From positions 220,027-284,026 of the IMG/VR virus record IMGVR_UViG_3300045988_173816: DNA of 64,000 nucleotides; one strand, given 5' to 3'. Of the stretch, positions 19,630-29,596 are shown piece by piece. Position 1 is the first letter of the stretch, and every line of letters begins with the position of its first letter. Under the pieces are notes generated by a model. That model did no database searches. It was not told where the DNA came from and saw nothing but the letters and a program-made list of their open reading frames with translations. Position numbers and translations under genes: made by a program. Source of the stretch: a virus.

Positions 19630-20561
19630 TGTTTACATTCGATATGGAAGACTTTGGTGGCTCTCTTTGTTTTACTTACTTAGATTACTTCAAAGAGGGT
19701 TCTGAGCGTTTTGGTTTAAACCGTATTCTGGCTTTAGACTTGTCTAAAACTTCCACGGGTATCGCCTATTGGAACGGTCAAACTTTGGAAACCTTTAATT
19801 TAAAGAGTTCAATTAAAGATTTAGACAGTCCTTACTCAGTAGGTCTTCGAATGCAAGAGTTGAAAGATTTCTTGCTTGTGAAGGTTTTAAAAGGAGAAGT
19901 GGAGCTTGATATGTTGTGTGTGGAAGAAGCTTTGCTCGGAAACAACGCTAAGACCTCTTCTGTAGCTTACGCACTCAACTTCACACTTGATTACTTGTTG
20001 GCAGAAGGTGTCTTAAAGACTAAGCGGTTCTTTAGGGTATCCAACAAAACGTGGAAAGCTACCTTGCGCTCAGAAACAGGTTTAGCACCATTGAAGAAAG
20101 CAATTTGGTCGAAAGATAGTGCTGAAAAAGAAGAAATTCTCTTGTGTTTACAAGAACTAGCACATCCTTGGGCGAACAAATGGAGAGAATATGACTCCTT
20201 TGAGGTATATTTGAAGAGTGGCTACCAAGACCAACTAGATGCAGTCGGTTTAGCACTTCATTGTGTGAAGATTTATGGTTTAGACGAGAAACCGCAAGTG
20301 TTAAGTAGAAAAGCTACTGTTAAGGTTTATACAGATAAGGAAAAAGCTGAAAAATATGCTAAATTCCCAGTAGAACACATTAGTGGTATCCCCAAAAATC
20401 AAATTCACACGTGGGTTGATACTTGTGGGAAAGAAGAAGTTGAGTCTAAGTCTTACATTTTAGAAACTCCTCACCTTGGACGCTTTGGTGTGAAAGCAGA
20501 GGTCTTTGAAGAGTCTGATATGTATTACATTGTGGTCAATGTAGCTTTAGTTACAGTTTAG
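19629..20561 (+). CDS. RuvC-like (RNase H-fold) nuclease, putative junction resolvase
   Basis: ILALDLSKTSTGIAYW (first Asp), CVEEALLG (Glu) and QLDAVGLALH (C-terminal Asp/His), in RuvC-like order. Confidence 0.45.
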   Translation: MFTFDMEDFGGSLCFTYLDYFKEGSERFGLNRILALDLSKTSTGIAYWNGQTLETFNLKSSIKDLDSPYSVGLRMQELKDFLLVKVLKGEVELDMLCVEEALLGNNAKTSSVAYALNFTLDYLLAEGVLKTKRFFRVSNKTWKATLRSETGLAPLKKAIWSKDSAEKEEILLCLQELAHPWANKWREYDSFEVYLKSGYQDQLDAVGLALHCVKIYGLDEKPQVLSRKATVKVYTDKEKAEKYAKFPVEHISGIPKNQIHTWVDTCGKEEVESKSYILETPHLGRFGVKAEVFEESDMYYIVVNVALVTV

Positions 20562-20619
20562 AAATAATAGCAGTTTAGTCCATTAGGGTACAACGCTTTG
20601 AGCTAGAAAGTAGGTCTAT

Positions 20620-20964
20620 ATGGCACTTGGTTCTAAGACAGAGTTGATAAGACAAGCTTTTCTCTATTTATTTGGAGAAGGTTATGAGAATAAATTAACA
20701 AAGTTCCCAGAAGATGAGGTCTTTCCTCAGACGATTAAGCATTTTGACCAACATGGTCTCCACTATTTACCTTCTGAGATACATACAGTTCAAGTTTCTA
20801 ATGGTCAAAGTGAAGCACAAGTAACAGTTTCTTGTGCTATGTGTCATTTGTGTAGGTCTTTGTATGGTAAAGTAGAAGATATTCATTATGTTCTTGAATA
20901 TCAACCAACACAATCAGGTCAAGCCTTGATTCATGGTTTGAATTTGAATGCAACAGAATTTTAG
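20620..20964 (+). CDS. hypothetical protein
   Basis: ORF-track ORF with a spaced RBS-like AGAAAGTAGG upstream. Confidence 0.45.
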   Translation: MALGSKTELIRQAFLYLFGEGYENKLTKFPEDEVFPQTIKHFDQHGLHYLPSEIHTVQVSNGQSEAQVTVSCAMCHLCRSLYGKVEDIHYVLEYQPTQSGQALIHGLNLNATEF

Positions 20965-20983
20965 AAAGAAGTAGGTTTCTTAA

Positions 20984-21565
20984 ATGGAGCAACATGTTTC
21001 CAGTATTAGAGCAGAGGTTTTACGACAACTCATAGGGGTCTCCGGAGGTTGGTTCGTTCGTATTATCCTTGTTTCGCTTATGTTTTGGTTTGCTTTTTAT
21101 GTATATGAGTCTTTGGTAGATGGTACACTTAGTGGTCGTTTATCTTTGCTGAAGCAAGCTCTCTTCAATGGTGTGAAAGAATTTAAAGTAAAAACGATTT
21201 CAACTGCACCTTTCTTGTATTTTCTAGTCGGTATGATGTTGCTAACTGCAGGTTACACGTTAGGTTACAACATTTCGACTAACTATATTAGTGGAGAGAT
21301 TACCTTGATTACAACAGTCGCAAGAATTACCAATTTCTATGCTTTGACTGTTTCGGTTATTGAAATGATTTTAACGGCATGTACGGCTTTGGTGTTCTTG
21401 TCTGCTGCAAGTTCTATTCGTAGAAATGGTAGAGAAGCTTATCAAGTAAGTACATTAGCTAAGTTAAACTTAAATCTCTTAAAGTTTTTTAGATTATTTG
21501 GTATCTTAGCAGTTATTTCGCTTGGTATTGCTTCAATGGTCTTTTGTTATTTGGTGATTAAATAG
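20984..21565 (+). CDS. multi-pass membrane protein
   Basis: Four to five hydrophobic segments in the translation. Confidence 0.55.
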   Translation: MEQHVSSIRAEVLRQLIGVSGGWFVRIILVSLMFWFAFYVYESLVDGTLSGRLSLLKQALFNGVKEFKVKTISTAPFLYFLVGMMLLTAGYTLGYNISTNYISGEITLITTVARITNFYALTVSVIEMILTACTALVFLSAASSIRRNGREAYQVSTLAKLNLNLLKFFRLFGILAVISLGIASMVFCYLVIK

Positions 21566-21596
21566 TAAGTGGTAGGCGCTTACTATTTTTCTTTTT
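21563..21596 (+). terminator. intrinsic terminator
   Basis: TAGTAAG/CTTACTA 7-bp stem, 9-nt loop, then TTTTTCTTTTT. Confidence 0.55.
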
Positions 21597-21611
21597 AGTT
21601 TATTTTAGTTC

Positions 21612-21640
21612 TTGCAAATTGCTATAAAAAATGATAAACT
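21612..21640 (+). promoter_or_regulatory. SigA-type promoter (TTGCAA-17-TAAACT, TG-extended)
   Basis: -35 at 21612-21617 and -10 at 21635-21640, preceded by TGA. Confidence 0.5.
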
Positions 21641-21664
21641 AACAAAAAGTAAGTATATGAGAGG

Positions 21665-23053
21665 GTGGGTTTTAATTTGCAAACAAAATTGGAAGTTTCC
21701 CCATTTCTAGGTATAGTACCTAATGCAATTGATATAGGTACTCGACTTAAAGAATTATTAGAGAAAAAAGAGCAATTAGTAAGTAAACTGGATCGAGAGT
21801 TAGCCGAAGGTTCTTATACACAAAACCTTGTGGTATCGTATTATTTGTTGGAAAAAGAGTTACAATTTTTACGAGAACAGTTGTTACTTAGGTCTGAGGA
21901 TACGTTATTAGGGAAGGATTACATTAAGTATCAAGATACTTTAAAAGCTCGTTTACCTAAAGGTGATTTGTATTTATTAGAAGAGAGTCAAAAGTCTACA
22001 GTTCTCCCATATTTAATGAGGTCAGAACCTTTTTACGAAGATTATGTGAAGTTGTTAGAATTAGCGGCACAAGATAATGTAGAGTTATACTTGGAAGTAT
22101 TTTTAAGTAATAACAAAGTCACTTTGGTTTATGAGTTTGGTTCATTTCAACGAGCTATTTCTTTAGAGGAAGGTAGAGAAGGTGTAGATTGTACACAATT
22201 GGTATTGCCTTACTTGGAACGTAGAGGTTTGACGAACTTAGTTGCTTTGTCTAAAATACCTAAGAGCGCAATTTGTGGATATATGTATACTTCCATTGTG
22301 GATGAGCATTTAACACCAAATATGAGTTATACAAAGTTAAACTTAACACCTCAGTTGATTTCAACTATTCGTTTCTATGCTTCTGATTATGTTGAATTTG
22401 GTTTGGACTTCCCAACTAGGGAAGTTGAGTGTAAATTCTTGGTTGATTTAGGTTTTGTTACTTTACCTTATATTCGATATAATTTAGAGTCAGGGCAAAC
22501 CATTCACACCATCGTGGAGGACTGGGTATCCTCGCTTGAAGATTTAGCTGATGTTAGTGCATTGTCTACAAATTTACGAGTGAGTGTAGTTAGTCATCAT
22601 AGCAGTCGCTTTAAAGAGTTTGGTTTTGATAGTGTGGTTGTAAATCCAATTTTGTGGTCTATAAATCCTCAGAAAGCGAAGTTACAATACATTCATTGGA
22701 AACAGACTTTAGAAGGCTTGAGACCTTTTGCAGTAGTTTCTTATCTTGATGTAACTTCTCAATTAGAAGTACAAGGGAAATTGTATAGAGGGTTTTATGA
22801 GTTTGCGACAAGTCAAGAGACGTTGTTGAGTAAAGCTTTAGACTTAGGTGTATATATAAAAAATAATGAAGACTTAGGGGTAGAGGTTTTAGGTGATAAA
22901 GTGTTAGAATTGCCTTTAGATAGCCCATTGGACATTCTAGTGCTAGGTTTAAAACCAGAGAGTTCGATTTACTTTTGGTCAGCGCCAGAGTTAGGTATAA
23001 CTACGGTGTGTGACTCATTAGGTAGAACTGTAAGTCAATTGTTAAGAAAGTAG
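21665..23053 (+). CDS. LigA-like (NAD-dependent DNA ligase adenylation/OB-like) protein lacking the KxDG lysine; probably non-catalytic
   Basis: LEVFLSNNKVTLVYEFGSFQRAISLEEGREGVDCT aligns by eye with E. coli LigA [34 protein letters not shown] (shared Y-E-x-G, A, G..G.D.T). K, D, G of KxDG and the RGDG are replaced. Downstream segments LVDLGF and W.I....K are colinear. Confidence 0.3.
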   Translation: MGFNLQTKLEVSPFLGIVPNAIDIGTRLKELLEKKEQLVSKLDRELAEGSYTQNLVVSYYLLEKELQFLREQLLLRSEDTLLGKDYIKYQDTLKARLPKGDLYLLEESQKSTVLPYLMRSEPFYEDYVKLLELAAQDNVELYLEVFLSNNKVTLVYEFGSFQRAISLEEGREGVDCTQLVLPYLERRGLTNLVALSKIPKSAICGYMYTSIVDEHLTPNMSYTKLNLTPQLISTIRFYASDYVEFGLDFPTREVECKFLVDLGFVTLPYIRYNLESGQTIHTIVEDWVSSLEDLADVSALSTNLRVSVVSHHSSRFKEFGFDSVVVNPILWSINPQKAKLQYIHWKQTLEGLRPFAVVSYLDVTSQLEVQGKLYRGFYEFATSQETLLSKALDLGVYIKNNEDLGVEVLGDKVLELPLDSPLDILVLGLKPESSIYFWSAPELGITTVCDSLGRTVSQLLRK

Positions 23054-23059
23054 GTTCAT

Positions 23060-24700
23060 GTGGATAAAGATAATTTGTGGGGAGATTTGGATGACTTAGA
23101 GGTTGGTGTATCTTTGAGTCAAGAACAAGCTCCAGTAGGAGAAGAAGTAGCACCTTATTCAGAAGTTGGAGAAGAAGTTGTAGAGTGGTCACCAGAAGTC
23201 TCAAAATCGCCCAGTTTCGATTTAGAAGAAGTAGGTGGGGAAAATATAACCTCAGAAGAAGAACGCGATACAGAGCAAAGAGGAGCTTCTGAGAGCATTT
23301 CTGATTTAGATGAACTAGAGGTAGAAATACCAGTAGATATTGTAGGGGTCTCAGAAACTTCTTCGGTACTTAGTCCATTTGAGGATATTGATAAGATTTT
23401 AAGTGGGTTGAAGTACGACCGAGAGTTGCGTATGGACTTACCGATTGAGTCTATTGTAATTACGGAGTTTGATAAGAAAGCTCGTTTTGCAACTAAGAAT
23501 GGTTTGACTGCATCGATTGAAGACTTTGGTAGGGTTTTAAATCCTATTGATGTCTTGGCTTTGCCCTCGGTAGATGGCGAAGAAATCGAAATGTATACAT
23601 TGATTTCAGGTCTTCGTCGCGTTTATGGGGCTTCAAGAAATGGTTACAAGACTATACCAGCTTTTGTGTGGCACTTTGCAGACTATGAGAAAGCACAACG
23701 TTTAGTTCCTTTACTTGGTTTGATTTTAAATAAGCAGCAACAACATAGTTATCAAGAAATTTGGAACGGACTGTCTACCTTGGAACATGAGTATGGTTTA
23801 AAATTCTCTCAAATTGAGCGCTTGTACCCTTATTTGGAGAGTGGAGATATTCTGAAATTGAAAGAGGTCTGCAGTGAGTCAGATACTTACCCAGAGCCTA
23901 TGACTGAGTTGTTTGCAGGTAAGTACACTTTAGATAAGGCTTACAAGGAGTTGGTAAAACAACGAAAAGAGCGTGATGTACTTGAGGAAGAAGACCATAA
24001 AGGTATCCTTTCTTCGACTGAGCTTGGTAAAGAAGCAGTAGTCTCTGGGGAAGATGGAGGTTCAAGCTCTGAGAGTGGTTCAGAAGAGAGTGAAAACTCA
24101 GGTAACAACAAACTGAGCGCCCAAGAAGTAGATGAACTTCTTGAATTGGCTGATAACTCTATGGATAATTTAACTTTGGAAAGTGCTTTAGAACAAGCAG
24201 ATGCAGTCGATAAGGGTATTGTTCAAGACCGTAAAGGTGACGGAGATGATGATTTAACACCAGAGGTTAAGAACAAGATTAAAGCTCGCGATAAAATGGT
24301 TTGTCAGTGCTGTTCTAAAGACAAGGTTGAAAACCAAGGTGCTTTCTTATCTCAGTTGGTTGTTCACCACAAAGTACCTGTTCACGCTGGTGGAACAGAT
24401 GATGAAAAGAACTTGATTACCTTGTGTATTGGTTGCCACCACTTATTGCACACTATGGAGAAAATGGGTACTTTGACTACAGACAAAGAGCATTTAGACA
24501 CTATGGATGAAGAGTTCCGTAGACGGATTTTAAATGCTTGGTCTCTTGCTTATATTGCGATTAAAGCAGGTGAGAAGAAAGGTTATTCTCGTAAGGAAAG
24601 AGCTAAGAAAGCTCAAGAAAGTCTAGGTCATAAATTCCCCGGACAAGATATTAAGAATGACTTAGCTTTAAGAACTGCGTTAGATGTAAGTTCTAAATAA
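23060..24700 (+). CDS. ParB/Srx-like N-terminal domain + C-terminal HNH nuclease fusion
   Basis: LPIESIVITEF...GLTASIEDFGRVLNPIDVL...LISGLRRVYGA (ParB boxes). CQCCS...HHKVPVHAGGTDDEKNLITLCIGCHHLLH (HNH). Confidence 0.7.
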   Translation: MDKDNLWGDLDDLEVGVSLSQEQAPVGEEVAPYSEVGEEVVEWSPEVSKSPSFDLEEVGGENITSEEERDTEQRGASESISDLDELEVEIPVDIVGVSETSSVLSPFEDIDKILSGLKYDRELRMDLPIESIVITEFDKKARFATKNGLTASIEDFGRVLNPIDVLALPSVDGEEIEMYTLISGLRRVYGASRNGYKTIPAFVWHFADYEKAQRLVPLLGLILNKQQQHSYQEIWNGLSTLEHEYGLKFSQIERLYPYLESGDILKLKEVCSESDTYPEPMTELFAGKYTLDKAYKELVKQRKERDVLEEEDHKGILSSTELGKEAVVSGEDGGSSSESGSEESENSGNNKLSAQEVDELLELADNSMDNLTLESALEQADAVDKGIVQDRKGDGDDDLTPEVKNKIKARDKMVCQCCSKDKVENQGAFLSQLVVHHKVPVHAGGTDDEKNLITLCIGCHHLLHTMEKMGTLTTDKEHLDTMDEEFRRRILNAWSLAYIAIKAGEKKGYSRKERAKKAQESLGHKFPGQDIKNDLALRTALDVSSK

Positions 24701-24718
24701 AATTTAAACATAGAATAG

Positions 24719-24749
24719 GGTATGCGGGATTTTTCTGCGTACCTTTTTT
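24719..24749 (+). terminator. intrinsic terminator
   Basis: GGTATGCGG/CTGCGTACC stem (two G-T wobbles), 7-nt loop, then TTTTTT. Confidence 0.6.
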
Positions 24750-24787
24750 GATAAGTGGTAGATTAAATCGAAAGGTTTTACTTAGTC

Positions 24788-27481
24788 ATGAAATTACATA
24801 AAAATTTACTGCGAGAGCGTTTTGCAAATGGTGTTGGGGTATCATTGACTTACAACCCAACTAACGGTGAGCGTTTTATCAAGTCTTTGTTTAATGCTTT
24901 AAATAAGACAAATACTGACAGAGCTTTTGTAATCGATGATGTTATGCAAAAGTTAGTCACTTACTTTGATAAGAAAAACTTGGATTTTTTCAGCACTGAA
25001 ACAGGTGGGAAACAACCAGACTTGGAACTCCGCCAGATTGGTGTAGTGTATCGTCATTCTCCAAATGAAGTTCCTACTATGGAGTTGAACTCTGATGAGA
25101 AAGTTTGGAGTGAAGAAAAACGTGAGTCTTATGTAGGACAGATGAAGAAATTTGCCATGAATGCATATTACAATTGTGAAAATGGCATTTTCTATACTTA
25201 TGTTTATGGCTGGTTCAATAAAGAGAAAGAAGACTACAATCATATTTTCTTTATTAGTAATGATGCAGAACCAAAAACTCGCTCTTCTCACTATAAAACG
25301 CTTGTCCAAAAACTTTCTATCACTCGTTCAACTGGTTTTAATTACTTCTTTAAGTATAGGTTTAGTATTTACTATGCCCCACAACTGTCCTCAGTTTTGG
25401 ACTTCTTAGATCTGATTACAAAAGAAGTTGTAGCTACAAAGTTGAAGAGTTGGGTAGATTTTAACTCACAACAATTTATAGCAGGCTATGATGCTTCTAA
25501 AAACAAAGCTAGTTACACAACTCGGTATCCAAACTTACCTCAAGACCGTCAAAGTAAAGAGTTTAAAGAGGTTGTTAACCAGAGTTCGCTTGACTTGATT
25601 TATAAAGCATTTATGCGTAGTTTGGCAAATTATTTGATGGGTTCCCCTGCTAAGAACAAAACCATGCTTAAAGTCATGGCAGAGTATTTATATGAGTTAT
25701 ACTTAGATGACTTTAATATTACTCTTATGGAAGAGTATGATAGAGTTCAAAAGTCGGACTACGCTAAGTCTTTTGAAACAAAGCGTAACATCCCAACTAA
25801 AATTCAAGCTGCTATGGATTCAACGAAGTTCTTAGAGTATGGTTTCGGCTTTGTGGAGTTCGATGAACAGTTTGACTTAGAGAAATTACCTGATATTGAA
25901 GAACAATGGGGTTTAATTCACAAAGCTTTACCACATTCAGAACAAAAACCAGAGTTACGTTTCCGTAAGATTGAGCATCGGAAAGCTCACGGTGTCTATT
26001 TCCCAGCTTTTGACTGTATTACGATTAGTGTTCGTAATGTAAATTCTATGCTTCACGAATATGGACACCATATTGATTTTACTTACGATAAAGACCAAAA
26101 CTTATCTATGTCTGACGAGTTCCGTCCACTCCTTAAAGGGTATCAGAAAAATCTCTCGGACGGTGGAGTTTATAAAGGTTCTATGTTGAATTACTTCTTA
26201 ACTCCTACTGAGGTTTTCGCACGTGCTTTTGAAATTTACTGTGTGACGGTACTGCCTAGAGTGAGCTTTACTGAGAGTTTAGCTGACTATGACCATAAAT
26301 TTGAATACCAATGGTTGATTCTACATACGGAAGAAGTATTGACTTACTTTGATAGTAAGTTCCCACACATAAGAGAAGAAGTAGCTAACATTCAACAAAA
26401 TGAAAAATTTTCTACTTTAACGTATTTAACTGAGGGTACAAAAGAAGAAGAGCTTGCACCAAATCAAGTAAAAGCAGGTGGTTTTACTATTACGATTGAA
26501 GAGGGTGCAGGTAAGTCTGCTCTTGAAGGTAAAGAGTTAATTCCAATAGGTCGAGATAGTAACGGTATTTTAACACATGCAGTTGTAGATAAACCAAGTA
26601 AACAAGCAGAGGACTTATACAACGGTATCTCTATCTCAGATGAGATTTTAGATGAGGACATGTTTGAAGAAGTAGCTTTCCTACTTGACCCAGTCTCTTT
26701 TTCTGATGGAACTACCTTTGGTGGGGTTGTTTATTTAGTTAAACAAGATAAAGGTGTTGTTTATCAAACATTTAGAGCAACTGATAGAGATTTTGCAACT
26801 ATTGAGAATTTCATTACTGTATTGCATGAAGATAATGATTATTCTGCTGAAAAGAGTTACTTGGTTGTTAGAAGTCTATTGACTGAAAAAGCTCAGAAAC
26901 ATGGACTTAAGGTTCAATCAGTAACTAAAGGTATCGCTTCTCTACGTTTTTCTGATTTTAAGGATGTAGACTTTGGCACAAGTCCAGAGGATAGAGTTAC
27001 AGCAGTAAATAAGTTAATGGGTAATTTAGTTAAGTCTTATGCAACTTACTTAGAGAAGAAGTCACAACGAGCTAATGATAGAAAGTTGAAAGACTTATTC
27101 AAGAAGAAAGCTCATGAAGAGATTGCGAAAGACAGAGATATTTTCGGAGAATCTTGGAATTTTGACTTTGTACTTTCAGAGTACGATGAAGCAATTTTTG
27201 TAGAACAATTACCTAATAATAAAGAATTGGTTAAGAAACATGCTCAACTTGTAGATGAACTATTTATTTATTTGTACCCAGATTTGGGTGGTTCTCACTC
27301 GGACTATATGAGTAGTGCAGTATACAAAGCTTTGGTCGATAATGATTTGTGTGTGCATCTTTATTTAGAGGGTGAATTACGAGAATTGGTTAAAGCTAAA
27401 ATTAACGAAACGGCTTTAAATCCAGGAAGAACATTTAGTAGACTAGCTGAGTTAGGTTTAGACTTAACTGTTGGGGTGTGA
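24788..27481 (+). CDS. large (897 aa) protein with zincin HExxH motif; polyvalent-protein-like
   Basis: MLHEYGHHIDF (HExxH) at about residue 420, followed by TEVFARAFE. Size and context resemble large polyvalent proteins of phages and conjugative elements (recollection). Confidence 0.4.
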   Translation: MKLHKNLLRERFANGVGVSLTYNPTNGERFIKSLFNALNKTNTDRAFVIDDVMQKLVTYFDKKNLDFFSTETGGKQPDLELRQIGVVYRHSPNEVPTMELNSDEKVWSEEKRESYVGQMKKFAMNAYYNCENGIFYTYVYGWFNKEKEDYNHIFFISNDAEPKTRSSHYKTLVQKLSITRSTGFNYFFKYRFSIYYAPQLSSVLDFLDLITKEVVATKLKSWVDFNSQQFIAGYDASKNKASYTTRYPNLPQDRQSKEFKEVVNQSSLDLIYKAFMRSLANYLMGSPAKNKTMLKVMAEYLYELYLDDFNITLMEEYDRVQKSDYAKSFETKRNIPTKIQAAMDSTKFLEYGFGFVEFDEQFDLEKLPDIEEQWGLIHKALPHSEQKPELRFRKIEHRKAHGVYFPAFDCITISVRNVNSMLHEYGHHIDFTYDKDQNLSMSDEFRPLLKGYQKNLSDGGVYKGSMLNYFLTPTEVFARAFEIYCVTVLPRVSFTESLADYDHKFEYQWLILHTEEVLTYFDSKFPHIREEVANIQQNEKFSTLTYLTEGTKEEELAPNQVKAGGFTITIEEGAGKSALEGKELIPIGRDSNGILTHAVVDKPSKQAEDLYNGISISDEILDEDMFEEVAFLLDPVSFSDGTTFGGVVYLVKQDKGVVYQTFRATDRDFATIENFITVLHEDNDYSAEKSYLVVRSLLTEKAQKHGLKVQSVTKGIASLRFSDFKDVDFGTSPEDRVTAVNKLMGNLVKSYATYLEKKSQRANDRKLKDLFKKKAHEEIAKDRDIFGESWNFDFVLSEYDEAIFVEQLPNNKELVKKHAQLVDELFIYLYPDLGGSHSDYMSSAVYKALVDNDLCVHLYLEGELRELVKAKINETALNPGRTFSRLAELGLDLTVGV

Positions 27482-28152
27482 AGATGAGAATTTATAAAAC
27501 TTATAGAAATAGCAGTGGTGAAGTTTTAAAGATTGTTTACGATGAAGATGCAAGTAACCCTTTATCGAATGCAGACACTTTGTTCAACTTATATACTTGG
27601 TCTCGTAAATATAATTCTATTCAAGTTAATCCATATCGTACTATGGAAGAGTTTATAGATACTTATTTAGGTGAAGGTTCTTTTGCTAGATACAGAGAGA
27701 AGTGTATTGACTCAGGTTTAAATTCCGTAGGATTTGCGAAAGTCCTTTGTGAGCAACTAAGACAGCGTAAGGGTATCCTCGCTTTTCCTATTCTTTCTTA
27801 CAATCATGGTGATATTCAATACTATTTAGGTGATAATATTGACCGTTGGGATGGTGCAGTTTCAGGCTTTGCTTGGGTTGCTAAATATAAGGTTTATCAA
27901 GAGTTTGGTGTCTCAAAGATTAGCTCTAAATTAACAGAGCATTTAAAATCGCACATTACTAGTGATTTAGACTTTTACAATAAATATGTTAGAGGTGATT
28001 CTTATGGTTTTGAACTTTATGGTTCTGATGGTAAGTTCTTAGACTCAGGTTATGGTATATATGATCAAGAAGATGAACCAGACTATCTGTTCAACACAAT
28101 TTTAAGTTTTTTGAGTACAAAAGATAAGTCTTTTGTTGAAGTTAATGATTAA
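27478..28152 (+). CDS. hypothetical protein
   Basis: ORF-track ORF, 4-nt overlap (GTGA) with the upstream gene. Confidence 0.5.
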   Translation: MKMRIYKTYRNSSGEVLKIVYDEDASNPLSNADTLFNLYTWSRKYNSIQVNPYRTMEEFIDTYLGEGSFARYREKCIDSGLNSVGFAKVLCEQLRQRKGILAFPILSYNHGDIQYYLGDNIDRWDGAVSGFAWVAKYKVYQEFGVSKISSKLTEHLKSHITSDLDFYNKYVRGDSYGFELYGSDGKFLDSGYGIYDQEDEPDYLFNTILSFLSTKDKSFVEVND

Positions 28153-28179
28153 AGAGAGGTTTACCTCTCTTTCTTTTTC
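28153..28179 (+). terminator. intrinsic terminator
   Basis: AGAGAGG/CCTCTCT stem, TTTA loop, then TTCTTTTT. Confidence 0.7.
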
Positions 28180-28197
28180 TTACATTCAAGAAAGTTA

Positions 28198-28226
28198 TTG
28201 CAAATACTTTTTAGTTTTGTTATAAT
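28198..28226 (+). promoter_or_regulatory. SigA-type promoter (TTGCAA-17-TATAAT, TG-extended)
   Basis: -35 at 28198-28203 and -10 at 28221-28226, preceded by TGT. Confidence 0.65.
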
Positions 28227-28261
28227 AACTCTATTATGAAAATTTAGGAGGTCTTGATTTT

Positions 28262-28996
28262 ATGAAATCCAGACAAGAAATTAAAAAGCAAGCAAGAGAT
28301 TTGATTGCAAAAGACAACTTATGGTTAGCTTTAGGGTTGCCGTGTTTGATACTTGTTTTAGTGGATTTAGCTTTTGCATTTAGTGAAAGTGCCACAGGGG
28401 TATCTTCAGTTATCTCTGGACTAACTTTGCTCTATGAACTATGTGCAAGTCTTTATGTCTTTGACCTTTTAACGAAACAACATCCAGTAGGAAAACAGTT
28501 AGGTCGTAAGATTTCGGACATGTTTAGTAGTCTAACTGCTCATACTTTTAAAACAGGCTTACTAGTTGGTTTTATGATTGGTTTGTGGTTCTTCTTACCT
28601 TATGTAATCGGTATCGGTCTAATTGTCGCTGCTTTGGTGTCGAATGGTTTTGGTCTACTCTTTTGGTTTGGAGTTGCTTTATTACTCTTTGGTGGCTTTA
28701 TCGGTTTGATAAAAACTTACGAATACACTTTAGCAGTTTATCTAGCAAAAACAAATGAGGAGCTTGGTTTGTTTGCACTACTTAAAGAAAGTAAGCAGAA
28801 GATGAAAGGTCATAAAATGACTTTGTTCGTACAGAACTTGAGTTTCTTTTGGTGGGGTCTAGGAGTATTTGCAACAGGTGGTTTGCTTGGACTTTATGTT
28901 ACTCCGTATGTAGTTGCTTCAACAACCTTTTTCGCAGTAGAAGTCTTGGGTATCCACAATTCTGATGAACCTCAAAAAGATTTAGAAATCTTTTAA
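28262..28996 (+). CDS. DUF975-like integral membrane protein
   Basis: AGGAGG RBS. N-terminus MKSRQEIKKQARDLIAKDNLW followed by multiple TM segments, typical of DUF975 (recollection). Own promoter and terminator. Confidence 0.55.
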   Translation: MKSRQEIKKQARDLIAKDNLWLALGLPCLILVLVDLAFAFSESATGVSSVISGLTLLYELCASLYVFDLLTKQHPVGKQLGRKISDMFSSLTAHTFKTGLLVGFMIGLWFFLPYVIGIGLIVAALVSNGFGLLFWFGVALLLFGGFIGLIKTYEYTLAVYLAKTNEELGLFALLKESKQKMKGHKMTLFVQNLSFFWWGLGVFATGGLLGLYVTPYVVASTTFFAVEVLGIHNSDEPQKDLEIF

Positions 28997-29007
28997 TAAC
29001 AGAGTGA

Positions 29008-29030
29008 AAGAGAGCTAAAGCTCTCTTTTT
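29008..29030 (+). terminator. intrinsic terminator
   Basis: AAGAGAGC/GCTCTCTT stem, TAAA loop and T-run. Confidence 0.7.
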
Positions 29031-29032
29031 AC

Positions 29033-29061
29033 TTGATTTAATAGGGTTTTTGTGATATAAT
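29033..29061 (+). promoter_or_regulatory. SigA-type promoter (TTGATT-17-TATAAT, TG-extended)
   Basis: -35 at 29033-29038 and -10 at 29056-29061, preceded by TGA. Confidence 0.65.
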
Positions 29062-29086
29062 AGAGAAAATTTAGGAGGTTTTGTTT

Positions 29087-29596
29087 ATGAAAGTCAGTAA
29101 AGAAAAAGCAATAGTAACATTTAATTATCCGTATCAGTTGTATGGAATTAGTTTTGCTCTTGATGAGGTTAACTATGAGCATCTGTATAAAATGTTTATT
29201 AGGTATTGTTCTCGTTATGATGGTTTTGCCTTTAGCGTTTTAAGTAAAAACCCCGATTTCAGCTATTTCACCAAAGATAAACAGACGGTGCGAAGCCAGA
29301 TAGATTTGATTTTCAATGAAGTATTAGCTCTGGACTTAGATGCTGAAGGGTTTTGTGAATTTGGTACGATTGAGTCCGACAACGGTGTTAAAGTACATGT
29401 TTGTTTTAGCAAGCTTTCCGATACAAGTGGTAGAGTGACTAAAGAAAATTCTTTTGCAGCACCTGTAATTCTGTTTGAGTTTAAACTTTCAGTACGTGGT
29501 GAAGATCGTCCAAAAGCTCGATTTCTAATGACCATTACAAAAGAAAAAGACTTGAAGCAAGGTTTACCTGATTGGGGTATTCAGTATGAAGATTAG
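29087..29596 (+). CDS. hypothetical protein, paralog A of a tandem pair
   Basis: ATG 29087 sits 8 nt after AGGAGG (the ORF track starts at TTG 29081). MKVSKEKAIVTFNYPYQ... is alignable over its full length with the next ORF. Confidence 0.6.
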   Translation: MKVSKEKAIVTFNYPYQLYGISFALDEVNYEHLYKMFIRYCSRYDGFAFSVLSKNPDFSYFTKDKQTVRSQIDLIFNEVLALDLDAEGFCEFGTIESDNGVKVHVCFSKLSDTSGRVTKENSFAAPVILFEFKLSVRGEDRPKARFLMTITKEKDLKQGLPDWGIQYED

